In this document: in pieces, positions 1-11,369 of the stretch | Layout: every line of letters begins with the position of its first letter | How positions within the stretch are numbered: position 1 is the first letter of the stretch | Source of the DNA: Mustelus asterias | Taxonomy: Eukaryota | Length of the DNA stretch: 64,000 nt | Assembly: GCF_964213995.1 (NCBI RefSeq) | Contig: NC_135813.1 | Coordinates: 21,700,001 to 21,764,000 of the forward strand | Reading direction: 5' to 3' | Program-made: the position numbers and the translations under genes | The notes under the pieces: model-generated | What the model saw: only the letters and a program-made list of their open reading frames with translations | The model's database searches: none | Told to the model about the DNA's origin: nothing

Positions 1-1134
1 CACTGAGCCAAAAACAGAGAGGAGCTCATCAAAGACAGAGAGACAGTCAACACCCGCTGGAGAAAGAACTTCGAGGACCTCCTCAACCAAGACGCAGCCT
101 TCACGCAAGTGCCCTCAACACCATCCTACAACACACTACCCACCATCAGCTCAACCCCAGCTTGCTGCGAGGTCAAAAAACCATCCGACAACTGAAAAAC
201 AACAAGGCCTTCACGCAGATGGAATCCCCACTGAAGTATTAAAATGCAACGTAGAGGCACTCTTGACAAGAATCCACAACCTCATCACCCTTGTCTGGAA
301 GGAGGAGAGCATGTCGAAAGATTTCAGAGACCATCTTCAAGAAAGAAGGAGACAGGTCCGACTGCTGAAATTACAGCGGGATTTCACTACTCTCCTCCAC
401 GGGTAAGGTCATCACAAGAAGTTTCCTCAACAACCCCCTCCCAATGGCTGAAGAGCTCCTCCCCGAGTCTCAGTGCAGCTTCCACACATCAAGAGGCACA
501 ATGGACATCATCTTCAACATACGACAAATCCAGGAAAAGTACAAGGAGCAGCATCAAACTCTGTACATGGCCTTCTTCAATCTCGCAAAGGCCTTCGACT
601 CTGTCAACTGTGAAGGATTGTGGAACATCCTCTTCAAATTCAACTACCCGCAGAAATTCGTCACCATTCTCAGCCTGCTACACGATGACATGCAAACTAT
701 GATCCTCACCAACGGAACCACCACAGATCCACTGTGCGCACAAACTGGGGTCAAACGGGGCTGAGTCATTGCACCAACTCTCTTCTCCATCTTCCTTGCA
801 GCAACACTCCACCCCATCGCTCTGAAGCTCCCCACTGGTAATGGAGTTAACCTACCGGACAAGCAGGAAGCTGTTCAACCTCCGATGCCTCCAGGCCAAA
901 TCCAAAATCACCCCTTCTGTCATTCAGCTGCAGTACACAGATGACAACTGTATGTACACACACTCAGACGGCAAGCTAAAAACCATCATTGACGCATTCA
1001 CTGAAGCACATGAGAGAATGGGCTTCAGAGTAAACATCCAGAAAACAAAGGTTCTCTACCAACCCGCTCCTGCCACATAAAACTGCGCCCCAACCATCAA
1101 GATCCATAGTGAGCCCCTGGACAATGTGGATCAT
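1..1134 (+). mobile_element. RTE-clade LINE reverse transcriptase remnant (frameshifted, truncated)
   Basis: ORFs 444-764 (AEELLPESQCSF..RGTMDIIFNIRQIQEK..YMAFFNLAKAFDSVN..GVKRG) and 841-1080 (KLFNLRCLQAKSK..LQYTDD) match RTE-type RT motifs; broken by stops and frameshifts; ends at a SINE insertion. Confidence 0.85.
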
Positions 1135-1136
1135 GA

Positions 1137-1404
1137 GGGCAGCATGGTGGCACAGTGGTTAGCACTGCTGCCTCACAGCGCCAGGGACCCAGGATTGATT
1201 CCCGACTTGGGTCACTGTCTGTGTGGAGTTTGCACATTCTCTGGGTGTCTCCATGGGTTTTCTCCGGGCGCTCCGGTTTTCTCCCACAGTCCAAAGATGT
1301 GCAAGGTTAGGTTGATTGGCCGTGCTAAATTCTCCCTCAGTGTACCCAAACAGGCGCCGGAGTGTGGCAACTAGGGGATTTTTACAGTAACTTCATTACA
1401 GTGT
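1137..1404 (+). mobile_element. tRNA-derived V-SINE (HE1-like)
   Basis: Head gggcagcatggtggcacagtggttagcactgctgcctcacagc (A box), B-box-like gattgattccc, V-domain tgtgtggagtttgcacattctc...ctccggttttctcccacagtccaaagatgtg. Confidence 0.85.
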
Positions 1405-2091
1405 TTTCCACCCTCTACATTCAATCTCTTCCACAGGCACCGGTCACTATTATAGAAAAGAAATGGCTGTTTATCTTTCTAATTCCAGAATTACCACTGT
1501 TCCATTCTCACGCTGAGTCCCCCATTCACACACCCAGCGTCCCAGTCACAATTCACATGTTGAGTGCCCTGTTTTCACTCCCAGAGCCCTATTCAGTTCT
1601 TTAAACAGCTCCAGATTAACTGGTTTGCTAATGCTTAATGAATCATCTGAGGCTGCGGATTCAGGAACTTCAGGCACAGTGTCTAAAGCAGTGTGCCACT
1701 ATTTTCCAATGTATAACACATTGGTACACTAATCCATTGTTCTCCTGGCCATTTGTAGTGTCCGAATCGTATTGAGTGAATGAATTACGTGCTCAGTTTA
1801 AAATGTAATAAATAATTATTTTTGAAGTCACATAGCACAACAAAAATGAGCTTCAAACAGAAATGTTAAACTGCAAAGCTCCTGATGAAACAAATATTTG
1901 CACTTCAATGCAATGAAAATGAATGAGTGAAGTCGGTCTATACTGTTATCATTTGGGAGGTGACAGTGCACACTGTTACAATAATGAGATTCAAGAGATT
2001 TTGGGACTGTATCTTTAAATATTGGGTAAATGAATGGGGATCTTGTAGACTGTTCTGCAGTCTGCCTCACAGAATGCTTGGGTGATTCGAC

Positions 2092-2830
2092 TGTTAGCGA
2101 TCATAGGGGGGCTCAGACTATTTTATTGAGAAGTAGATGCAAGATATTTACACTTTGAGAGAAGTCTACCTAGATACAAGGTTAGTGTGTTTCATGTTGC
2201 CATGAGGGGAGGGCAGAGGAAGTCATTTTTGAAATTAAGTTATAGGTTTCCCTACAAATCCATAAAAATCACAGAGTATTTTGTTTGGGGAGGCTTTCAG
2301 CCGTCTAAGAATCAGGGAGCAGGTGGTAGAGGCAGCTGGTCGTGCACCTGAAGCAGAGAAAATGCTGACTCTACCGTTCACCATGTAGAACACAAGTGGG
2401 AGCTTGAGCTCAGACTGAAGAGGCTGAGTTTCCGAGGATTTAAAGGAGGCTGGGAGATTTGCCTAGCTGGGGATAGAGAGAAAGAATCTACAGGGAAAGT
2501 CAGTTCTTCGGTCAGAGGTTATACAGCTGGGAAAGTGAAATGGAAAAAGTCATCAGGAGCAAAGAATAATTTTGAACAGATTCCTGGAGGATGAAGTGTT
2601 CGCTCAAGGGACAGTGTAACAGAGAACCATAGCAGGAGATTTTCAGACCTGCTAAAAGTTAAATGGGGCATCCCTTTTCTGCTGTTTAAAGTATAAGTTG
2701 CCTACAAAAATACTAGTGTTTAGTCAACAGTTTTGTCATTTGATACAGTAAAAGTTTAAAATCGTGAAATTTTATTGGGTCATTCTTTCAGCCAACAACT
2801 GGAAGTTCAATTCTTCTTTCAGTTTTGTTG
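2092..2830 (+). mobile_element. possible degenerate solo LTR (Gypsy-like)
   Basis: Starts TGTTAGCGATC; purine-rich body followed by a T-rich segment, similar in layout to 16220-17209; 3' terminus not resolved. Confidence 0.3.
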
Positions 2831-2869
2831 TCTGAATAGCTCTGAAGACCATTAAACAATGAGAGGACA

Positions 2870-3170
2870 AGTAATTACATAGCACTTTATCATGTTCCTC
2901 AGCACACCTCAAAGCACTTCACTCACATACTATAAATTACTTTGCAACATAGCCAACTTTACTGTGTAGGTGCAGCCATTCTGCAAACAGCTAAGTCCCA
3001 CATACAGAAGTTAAATTAAAGCCCAGATAATCAGTTTCCAATGAGGAAGGAATGTTGGCCGAGACACCAGTAGAGTTCTCTGTTCTTCATTCAATAGTGC
3101 CATGAGATCTTCAGCTTTCAGTTCCACGGGCATTAATAATCCTTTATCTGATGAATGGCATCCCCTAATG
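2870..3170 (-). mobile_element. DeuSINE (SacSINE1/AmnSINE1-like) remnant
   Basis: Minus strand reads gaagatctcatggcactattgaatgaagaacagagaactctactggtgtctcggccaacattcc, resembling the Deu core domain, followed by an L2-like tail. Confidence 0.7.
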
Positions 3171-3187
3171 CTACGTGGCCAAATCAT

Positions 3188-3313
3188 GGCCGGACGTTTA
3201 CCGCCTCGCTCGCCCCAGAATCGGGGCGGGTGAGGCACGCAGAATGGCATTTTCCATTGGCCTTGGGTGGGATCTTACGAGTCCTGGGTGGTCGAAGTTG
3301 TAAAATACCAGCC
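3188..3313. mobile_element. 126-bp MITE, PIF/Harbinger-like
   Basis: TIRs ggccggacgtttac / gtaaaataccagcc; reverse-complement homologue of 52029-52154; flanks cat/cag. Confidence 0.75.
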
Positions 3314-3379
3314 CAGGTCTCTAATCTTCTGCACCTAATTTGTAGCATCTGAGTGTTGTAAGACATGATGTTTGAGAAC

Positions 3380-4868
3380 AAATGGAAGTATTGTTTCCAT
3401 TCCTCATCAGATACAGGCAAGATACCAGAGGATTAGAGATCGGAGAACGTTGTACCATTATTTAAAAAGGGTGTGAGGGATAGGTCAAAAAATTATAGGT
3501 CAGCCAGTCTGACTTTGGTGATGGACAAATTATTGGCATTCTGAAAGACAGGAAAAGCTATAACTTAGAAATATACAGATTAATCAGGGGTCTTGGTCTT
3601 ATTAGGGGAAGATCACATCTTATTAACTCAATCAAATTTGTGAGGAAGTGACATGGAGGATTGATGAGAGTAGTGCAGTGGGTCTTATCTACACGGTAAG
3701 GTATTTGACAAGGTCCCACATGGCAGACAGGTCAGAAAAATGGGATACCATGGGATACAGGGGAACGTGGCGAGTTGGATCCAAAATTGGCTCAGTGACA
3801 GGAAACAAAGGGTAATGGATGTTTTTGTGAATGGAAAGCAGTTTCCAGTGGTATCCCACAGGGCTGTGTTGGAGCCCTTGCTGTTTGTTGTATATATTAA
3901 TCATTTGGGCTTAAATGTGGGAGACATGATTGAGAAATTTGCAGATGATACAAAAATTTCTATTTAGTTGACGGTGAAGAGGATAGCTGTTGCCTTGAGA
4001 CTGATATCAATGGTTTGGGTGAGTGGGTGGAAAAGTGGCAGATAGAATTCAATCCAGAAAAGTGTGAAGTAATACATTTGGGGAGGGCAAACAAAACAAG
4101 GGAATGCTCTATAAACAAGAAGGTAATGAGAGTAGAGGAAGTGAGAGACCTTGGAATTCATGTCCACAGGTAACTGAAGACAGGTCAGACGTATAAGGTG
4201 ATTAAAAAAAGCATAATGAATACTTTCCTTTATTGGGTAAGGTACGGAATACAAAAGCAGGGATCTAATGATGGAAGTGTATAAAATGCTGCTTAGGCCA
4301 CAGTTGGAGATGTGTGTATGGTTCTGGTCACCACGTTATAGGAAGGACATAATTGCTCTGGAGAGAGTAGAGTGGACATTTGCAAAGATGTTGCCAGGGC
4401 TTGAAAATTGCAGCTATGAGGAGAGATTGGATATGCTAGGGTTGTTTTTCTTATCACAGAGAAGGCGGAGGAGTGACCTAACGTGTGAATAAATTTATGA
4501 GGGGACTGGAGAAGGTGAACAGGAAAGACTTGTTTCACCTCGCTGAGAGGTCACTTACCAAGGGGCAAAGATTCAAGGTGACTGGTAGAAGGATTAGAGA
4601 GAGGCGAGATAAAACTTTTTCACCCAGGGGGCAGTGGATGTCTGGAATTCACTGCCTGAATTTGTGGTTGAGGTTGAAATACTCAACTCATTCAAAAAGA
4701 TATGGGCTCTGCACCCGAAGTGCAAGAACCTGCAAGGATACAGACCAGGTGCTTGAAAGTGGGATTAAAATGAGCAGCTGGTTTCTCTTTTGCCTCTTGT
4801 TCTGGCTAACACAGACATGATGGACTGAATGGCCTCTTTCTGCGCCATTATTTTTCTACGGTTCTATT
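3380..4868 (+). mobile_element. CR1 LINE ORF2 3' part with 3' tail, degenerate
   Basis: RT motifs WIQNWLSDRKQRV, LLFVVYIN, KFADDTK, RPQLE..VWFWSP, SYEERL; ends in tttctacggttctat tail. Confidence 0.9.
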
Positions 4869-5014
4869 GAATTGGAAAATAACAAGTATAACAGCTTTAT
4901 TCAAGAAAGGAGGGATACAGAAAGAAGGAAACTATAGGGCAGTAGGCCGACCATCAGTCATCTGGAAATATTTAGAATTTATTATTCAGAAGATAACAGG
5001 ATACGTTTGAGCAA

Positions 5015-5655
5015 CCGGTGGAGCAGTTTCACACTGCTAATATGCAGTGGCACCATGAGTGGTGTTTCCCATTAACACAATACTACCATCAAGCTAAAAA
5101 GTTCTTCCTACCACACAAATGAGTAATGTGGTATATGAATGTCAGTGCCAGGTACATGACCACACATCTCAATAACTACTGTATTGTATCAAACATTATG
5201 TCCCTTTGGCTGATAGTAATAGGCAGAGTACTGACCGTATGCAACCAATCCATGCTTGCCAAACTCAGAACATAATGTCCAACATTAGACCTGATTCTGT
5301 GATTGGACAGCACTTGCAGAACAATCCTAAGTGTGCTAAGAATTATTCGACTACCCAATTTAAGATCACCACTTGGACATTTTAGTGCGTTGGTATTTGC
5401 TGGAAGCTACATATATACATATGCAAACACCTGTCCTCTGCGGGCAAAAGGAATACGTCTAGACATTGCACCTTCTTTGAATAAACAAGAACATGGGGGA
5501 AACAATAGCTCCCTGGTGCATTCACCATGGCAACGTCTCAACCAATCAAAGCCATTTGCTAACCATTCAGCATCCCTTTTCTCATGCAGCATAAACTCTC
5601 GTTTCCCTTCAAATTTGATATTCTTGCATCTGTCCTAATGAATGCAAGATGAAAA
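5015..5655 (+). mobile_element. Penelope-like element 3' fragment (GIY-YIG endonuclease remnant)
   Basis: Degenerate SNVVYECQC, IGQHLQNNPKCAKNY and LLEATYI..PVLC.QKE motifs; homologous to 32110-32800; ends in a mutated hammerhead core tgtcctaatgaatgcaagatgaaaa. Confidence 0.7.
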
Positions 5656-5699
5656 TTATATAATTGTGTTAGAAGCAATTCAGGAGGAGGTTCACTCGA

Positions 5700-6030
5700 T
5701 TCATTTCAGAGAAGAAAGATTGAACAGATTGGACCTATAACCATTGGAATTTAAATGAATGAGAGGTGACCTTATTGAAACATATAAGATCCTGATAGGA
5801 AATGATAGTGTGGTGCTGGGAAGATGCTTACTCTTGTGGGAGAGATTAGAACTAGGGGACACAGTTTAAAACTAGGAGGTCTCTCTTTTAAGATGGAGAC
5901 GAGGATTGCTTTTTCCTCTGAAGTTGTCGTCTGTGGAATTCTCTTCCCCAGAAAGTAGTGGAGGCTGGAATCACTGAATTTATTCAGGGCTGAGTTAGAT
6001 AGATTTTTGATACACAAGGAGTCAAGGGTT
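5700..6030 (+). mobile_element. CR1 LINE 3' fragment
   Basis: gagaggtgaccttattgaaacatataagat, ctaggggacacagtttaaaa and ctgtggaattctcttcccca are typical of the CR1 ORF2 C-terminus. Confidence 0.8.
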
Positions 6031-6032
6031 TG

Positions 6033-6373
6033 GGAGGCGATGACCTATTGGTATTATCGCAAGACTATTAATCCAGAAACTCAACTAATGTTCTGGGGAC
6101 CTGGGTTCGAATTCCACCAGGGCAGATGGCATTTGAATTCTATTAAAGAAAAATCTGAAATTAAGAATCTACTGCTGACCAGGAAACCATTGTCAATGGT
6201 CAGAAAAACCCTTCACTAATGTCCTTTGAGGAAAGAAATTTGCTGGTCTGGCCTACATGTGACTCCAGAGCCACAGCAATGTGGTTGACTCTCAATTGCC
6301 CTCCGAGGGCAACCAGAGATGGGCAATAAATGCTGGCCAGCCAGCGATGCTCATGTCCCATAAATAAAAAAAA
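6033..6373 (+). mobile_element. tRNA-headed short retroelement (internal-deletion derivative of the LINE at 39594-42483)
   Basis: B box ggttcgaattcc; body matches the LINE 5' region; tail gggcaataaatgctggccagcc...A-rich matches the LINE 3' end. Confidence 0.75.
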
Positions 6374-6634
6374 GTTAAGGAAGGTGGAGTTGGGACCAGG
6401 ACCAGACCAGCCATATCTTATCAAACGGCTGAGCAGACTTCTCAGAAGGCCTATGTCCATGACTTTGAGCAAAGCTGTGGCCCCAGCAGGCATCTTGTTA
6501 ACAATTTTCTCCATGGTCCTAGCTTGCTTTACAGCCTCCTCCATAAAGTTTTAATTGTTAAGGTTAATGGTGAACTGCAGTTTTTGGGCAGTGAAGATAT
6601 AACTATCACTTCACCAAAAGACTACAGTTGGCCA

Positions 6635-6797
6635 TGTAGTGGGGAAATTAAAGAAACGGTTGCCTGGCACACAAAATGGTTACCTGGGAAGAGACATTAA
6701 ACAGACACTGGCTTTTAGCACAGTCATTTAAAGTTAAAACATGCAGTAACCGAAATGCTGCAGGAAGCTAGTCAGAGCTTGAGGCACTTTAAGATAA
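6635..6797 (+). repeat. truncated 5' LTR (U3 start only)
   Basis: 6635-6792 matches 10785-10942 with one mismatch (6662 G vs 10812 A), then jumps into pol. Confidence 0.95.
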
Positions 6798-7857
6798 CGG
6801 GAAAGCCAAGGTCAGTCTCAAACATGAGAAGGGCTAAGTGGGAAGCTGTCCTCCTACCTCCAAGAAAATCCGTAATAATAAGGGACACAGGAAATAACCC
6901 AGCAGAAGGGATTTTAGACACAGGAGAGCCACACAATTGTGGGGATATAGATATGGACGTCGAAGAAGGTAGGATAAAGGATGTACCTTTAACAACAGCT
7001 GAGGAGATCCTTTTTGTAGATGGTTCACGCAAATATGTGGAAGGATCACCCTGGACAGGGTGGGCAGTAGTAAATGACAAATTAGAGACAGTAAGGTCAG
7101 GAAAGGTTGACGGAGGTCTATCCGCGCAAGTGGCAGAACTAGTGGCACTCACACAGGCACTAGAGTTATCTGAAGGCAAAACGGTAAACATATATACAGA
7201 TAGCCGATACGCGTTCGGAGTCATACATGACTATATGACAACATGGGGTAGAAGAGGGTTCATAACCACGGGAGGAACTCCTATTAAACACCAACAAAGA
7301 ATTGAGGCATTGTTGAGAGCTAGCGAGAAACCTTGAAAAGCCGCAGTAATCAGAATTAAAACGCACCAGAAAGAACCAGGAAGAGATAACACGGACAGGT
7401 TAAATTTAAAAGGGAACCAAGCCGCAGATAGAGCAGCACAGTTAGCCTTAGCACAAGAGACAGTTGGCGAGCTGTCAATAGCAGCAATAGAACAGACAGG
7501 AGACTAAATAGATATTCGGGACTTACATGAGGATACCTCGAAAGAGGAAAAGGAGAAGTGGGAAGCACAGGGAGTGGTCAAAGGGACTGATAACGTTTGG
7601 AGACGGGAAGATAAGGTAATAGCACCAGAGTGCATACATGCGGGTAGAGAGGCCATGATAACTAGTATAGGAAAGGAATGGTGGTGGAAAGGAATGGGAA
7701 GAGATATAGCCCGACGCTGTCACCGATGCGTGACGTGCATGCAACACAACCCTGGTCGACCCATGAAAATTAATATGGGACACCAGCCGAGACCAAAGGG
7801 ACCCTGGGAACATCTGCAAATAGATTTCACAGGGCCACTACCATGGCAAAACCTATT
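6798..7857 (+). pseudogene. pol: ERV pol: connection, RNase H and integrase N-terminus
   Basis: LFVDGSR, SAQVAELVALTQAL, VNIYTDSRYAFG, GNQAAD (RNase H); H..C-x2-C zinc finger and WEHLQIDFTGPLP (integrase); in-frame TGA at 7334. Confidence 0.92.
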
Positions 7858-8389
7858 ATAGAACATAGAACAGTACAGCACAGAACAGGCCCTTCGGCCC
7901 ACGATGTTGTGCCGACCTTCATCTGAAACCAAGATCAAGCTATCCCACTCCCTACCATCCTGGTGTGCTCCATGTGCCTATCCAATAACCGCTTAAATGT
8001 TCCTAAAGTGTCTGACTCCACTATCACTGCAGGCAGTCCATTCCACACCCCAACCACTCTCTGCGTGAAGAACCTACCTCTGACATCCTTCCTATATCTC
8101 CCACCATGAACCCTATAGTTATGCCCCCTTGTAATAGCTCCATCCACCCGAGGAAATAGTCTTTGAACGTTCACTCGATCTATCCCCTTCATCATTTTAT
8201 AAACCTCTATTAAGTCTCCCCTCAATCTCCTCCGCTCCAGAGAGAACAGCCCCAGCTCCCTCAACCTTTCCTCGTAAGACGGACACTCCAAACCAGGCAG
8301 CATCCTGGTAAATCTCCTCTGCACTCTTTCCAGCGCTTCCACATCCTTCTTATAGTGAGGTGACCAGAACTGCACGCAATATTCCAAAT
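7858..8389 (-). mobile_element. young 5'-truncated CR1 LINE nested in the ERV integrase
   Basis: Uninterrupted 150-aa ORF (EYCVQFWSPHYKKDVEALERVQRRFTRMLPGL..) with ttctatgttcta tail; integrase resumes at 8386 as KYCLVIID*FTRWVEAFP. Confidence 0.95.
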
Positions 8390-9149
8390 ATTGTCTGGTT
8401 ATTATAGACTAGTTTACCAGGTGGGTAGAAGCGTTCCCTACTACAAATTGTACTGCTACCATGGTGGCTAGAATATTGGCAGAAGAGGTAATCCCTAGAT
8501 GGGGAGTACCCCTACAAATCGATTCAGACCAAGAGAGGCACTTCACTGGAAATGTGGTAAAAATAGTGTGCCAATTGATGGGGATGAAACAAAAATTCCA
8601 CATCCCTTACCACCCACAGAGTTCTGGAATGGTGGAACGTATGAATAGAACACTTAAGAATGAACTGGCTAAAGCCATACAAACATCGGGAAAAATGTGG
8701 ACAGAGGTATTGCCCACTATACTAATAAGGCTAAGAGCTACCACAAACCGGACAACTGGATTAACCCCTTATGAACTAATGACAGGACGGGCGATGCAAT
8801 TACCAGAAAGCATCATAACAGGTGGGACCGATGTAGGTCCATTAAAAGATAAAATCAGGAGATATGTTTTGGAAGTAAGCGCCCAACTAAAAGAGATGCG
8901 CAAATTGGTAAAAGACAATCAAGAAAAAAGAGATGCACAGAGAGAGCTTGAAATGCTCCCTGACGTCCCAACAGCGGGAAGTCACGTCCTAGTAAAAACA
9001 TTACCTGACAAACCAGGTTTGCACCAAAATGGAATGGGCCATATGAAGTTATAATTAGTGGAGACACCTGTGCCTGTATAGGCATAAGAGGGAAAGGTAT
9101 ATGGAAACATTGGACCCAGCTGAAATTACACAAAGAAATACATGAATGA
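8386..9149 (+). pseudogene. pol: ERV integrase core and C-terminus
   Basis: IPRWGVPLQIDSDQ..HF and YHPQSSGMVERMNRTLK (DDE core), TGLTPYELMTGR; after a frameshift near 9020 reads PKWNGPYEV..WKHWTQLK to a stop at 9147-9149. Confidence 0.92.
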
Positions 9150-9285
9150 ATGAATTGACCGGATTGCTTTCTTCAACACAGGCAAAGACTGCAAGCAAGA
9201 GCAACTGGCGCGTTTGGGTTGACAGTATAACTTTTGTAAATTGTATAACCTACAGTATTAGGATTGATACTTGCTCGTTGCGGAT

Positions 9286-10726
9286 ATGTATATAATCGCG
9301 TCTGTAACTGTATTACTTTGCGTTGTTGCGACTGTAAATTTGACTGGATTGGAGGATAACCTATTTTACAAAGCCCATATACACTTACATGGGAATCGAA
9401 CTGTATGTTACCCGTTAGCACAACCGGTAGAAGCCCTATTTGTAGCCGCCCCTGGGTGGACCCCTCATGACTTATATACAGTAGATACATCAGATGCACC
9501 CTGTAAGGGACAAATTGGCAAATATAAAAGAGGTATACAGGGGAGATGTGTGGAACTTGTAAATCCCACAGATCCTGTGTGCAGGGGGCTCCAACAGGTG
9601 GGAGGAAGGGCTTGCTCAGACAATGCAAGCTATCCGCTTTGTTTTATGGGGCAGGGATGGGGATGTGCCTATGCCTTGGTCCCCAAGAATGATCCCTGCG
9701 TGCAGACAGTTTGTCCGTCAGCATTGTCGGGTTAATAAGGGTCAGTTTACTTGCACTTGTGATGAACAGAAATGCCTGAATGTAACCGCGGGAAGACAGC
9801 TCATTTGTGGACAGTGTAATGGGACTCATGCAAGCTCAGCCAAATGGACATACCCATTTGATACTTACCAGGTGGTGGGATCAAATGGGGAGTCAAGTAA
9901 ACTGAGCAATTGGCAGTATAAACAAACTCATAATCGGGACACTAAATGCTACTGGGCTAAGAAGGGATATGTGTTCCTCTTCAATTGTACTTACACAACA
10001 GAAACACCAAACCTCCCAAACCTTTTTGCAGTAGGAACAATAGGACCACTCACTGTTCCATGCCCTCAGAAGGGGCATATCCGAAGGACAATAGTGACCC
10101 GGGCTATCAGCAAAGAATTCTGCGCTGATTGGGAAACCCCGGGCACAATGGGATCATCACTGGGATACGGGTGGGGGGGGGGGGGGGGGGGGGGGGCAGC
10201 AGGAGTAATTAGTGCAAAAAACAGGAATCATATTGTTTGTGGACTAACAGTCCTGGGAAACAGCACTTCAAAAGCACTGGAGGCTGTCAACCAAGAAATG
10301 GCTGAACTGAGATTATACGCACAGCAGACACGATATGCAGTGGACTACCAGTTAGCACAACAAGGGGGAGTGTGTACAATCATAGGCAACAATGTCACAG
10401 ATGAATCCTATAACATTACCCAAGTCATCAATAACATCAGAGAACAACTTGATAACTTCAGACAGGGACCGAAGAAAGGAAGTAGCTGGCTGGAATGGCT
10501 AGTGGGTGGATCCTGGGGTTCTTATTTATTGCATGGATTGGTCATACTCATTTCAATTGTAATTGTCTGTTGCCTAATTGTTGGATGCCTTAATGCCTGT
10601 TTTAAACTAATGATAACACGAATTGTGCCAGGAACCAGTTTAACCATCAAGGAAAAATACATGATGGAAATCCCTGAAGATGCCAGAAGAGGCAAAGGAG
10701 GAAAGAAGATCGACCTCTACATGTGA
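9286..10726 (+). pseudogene. env: ERV envelope glycoprotein (SU-TM), one frameshift near 9715
   Basis: Signal-like MYIIASVTVLLCVVATV, Cys-rich SU, heptad/ISD-like QEMAELRLYAQQTRYAVDYQLAQQGGVC, membrane span LLHGLVILISIVIVCCLIVGCL; candidate splice acceptor tttcttcaacacAG at 9181. Confidence 0.9.
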
Positions 10727-10784
10727 AGATGCAGCTGTTGGTCTGGGGATAATTAAAATCATAATCCTGACCAAAAAGGTGGAG

Positions 10785-11369
10785 TGTAGTGGGGAAATTA
10801 AAGAAACGGTTACCTGGCACACAAAATGGTTACCTGGGAAGAGACATTAAACAGACACTGGCTTTTAGCACAGTCATTTAAAGTTAAAACATGCAGTAAC
10901 CGAAATGCTGCAGGAAGCTAGTCAGAGCTTGAGGCACTTTAAAGATAAGGGCAGACCCAGAAACAATAAGACTGATAAGATCAGCCACAGATGGGAACAT
11001 AAATACATAAATGCAACAAAACCAATCACTGAATGTATAGATCGAAACCAGTCATTGATAGAGGAAATGTACCCATTCTATGAACAATGCTATGTTAACT
11101 GCCCATGTCTGTACCTGTCTGATTGTAACGATGTGTTCACTATCGATCACCATGATCTGTCTACTCAACTATAATGATGTGTTAAACGGCTAATGTCCGG
11201 ACTACCTATTGCCTGAAAGGTATAAAAATGATCAACTGCTGTTATATGATTGAGAAGGTCGCTGCCAAGTACTGCGGAGTACCAGTGCTTTCTCCCGAAG
11301 CTTCGTATCCGAAATAAAACTGTGTTATTGAACCTCCAGTCTGACTCCAATGGTAAATTTCCCACAACA
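10785..11369 (+). repeat. complete 3' LTR (585 bp)
   Basis: Preceded by PPT aaaaaggtggag (10773-10784); imperfect terminal inverted repeat tgtagtggggaaatt / aatttcccacaaca; TATAAAA 11221-11227; AATAAA 11313-11318. Confidence 0.95.

Larger units (their letters stand above)
6635..11369 (+). mobile_element. defective endogenous retrovirus (probably gamma/epsilon-related)
   Basis: Partial 5' LTR, RNase H, integrase, env, polypurine tract and complete 3' LTR in canonical order; TG...CA termini. Confidence 0.95.

Noticed and set aside
244-702. 152-aa Ser-rich ORF
   Set aside because: Alternative frame of the RTE remnant
1137-1210. tRNA genes at SINE heads (also 13490-13562, 45140-45214, 59412-59485)
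   Set aside because: A/B boxes run into SINE bodies; no complete cloverleaf or terminator
6635-11369. Replication-competent provirus
   Set aside because: No PBS, gag, pro or RT; stops, frameshifts and a LINE insertion in pol
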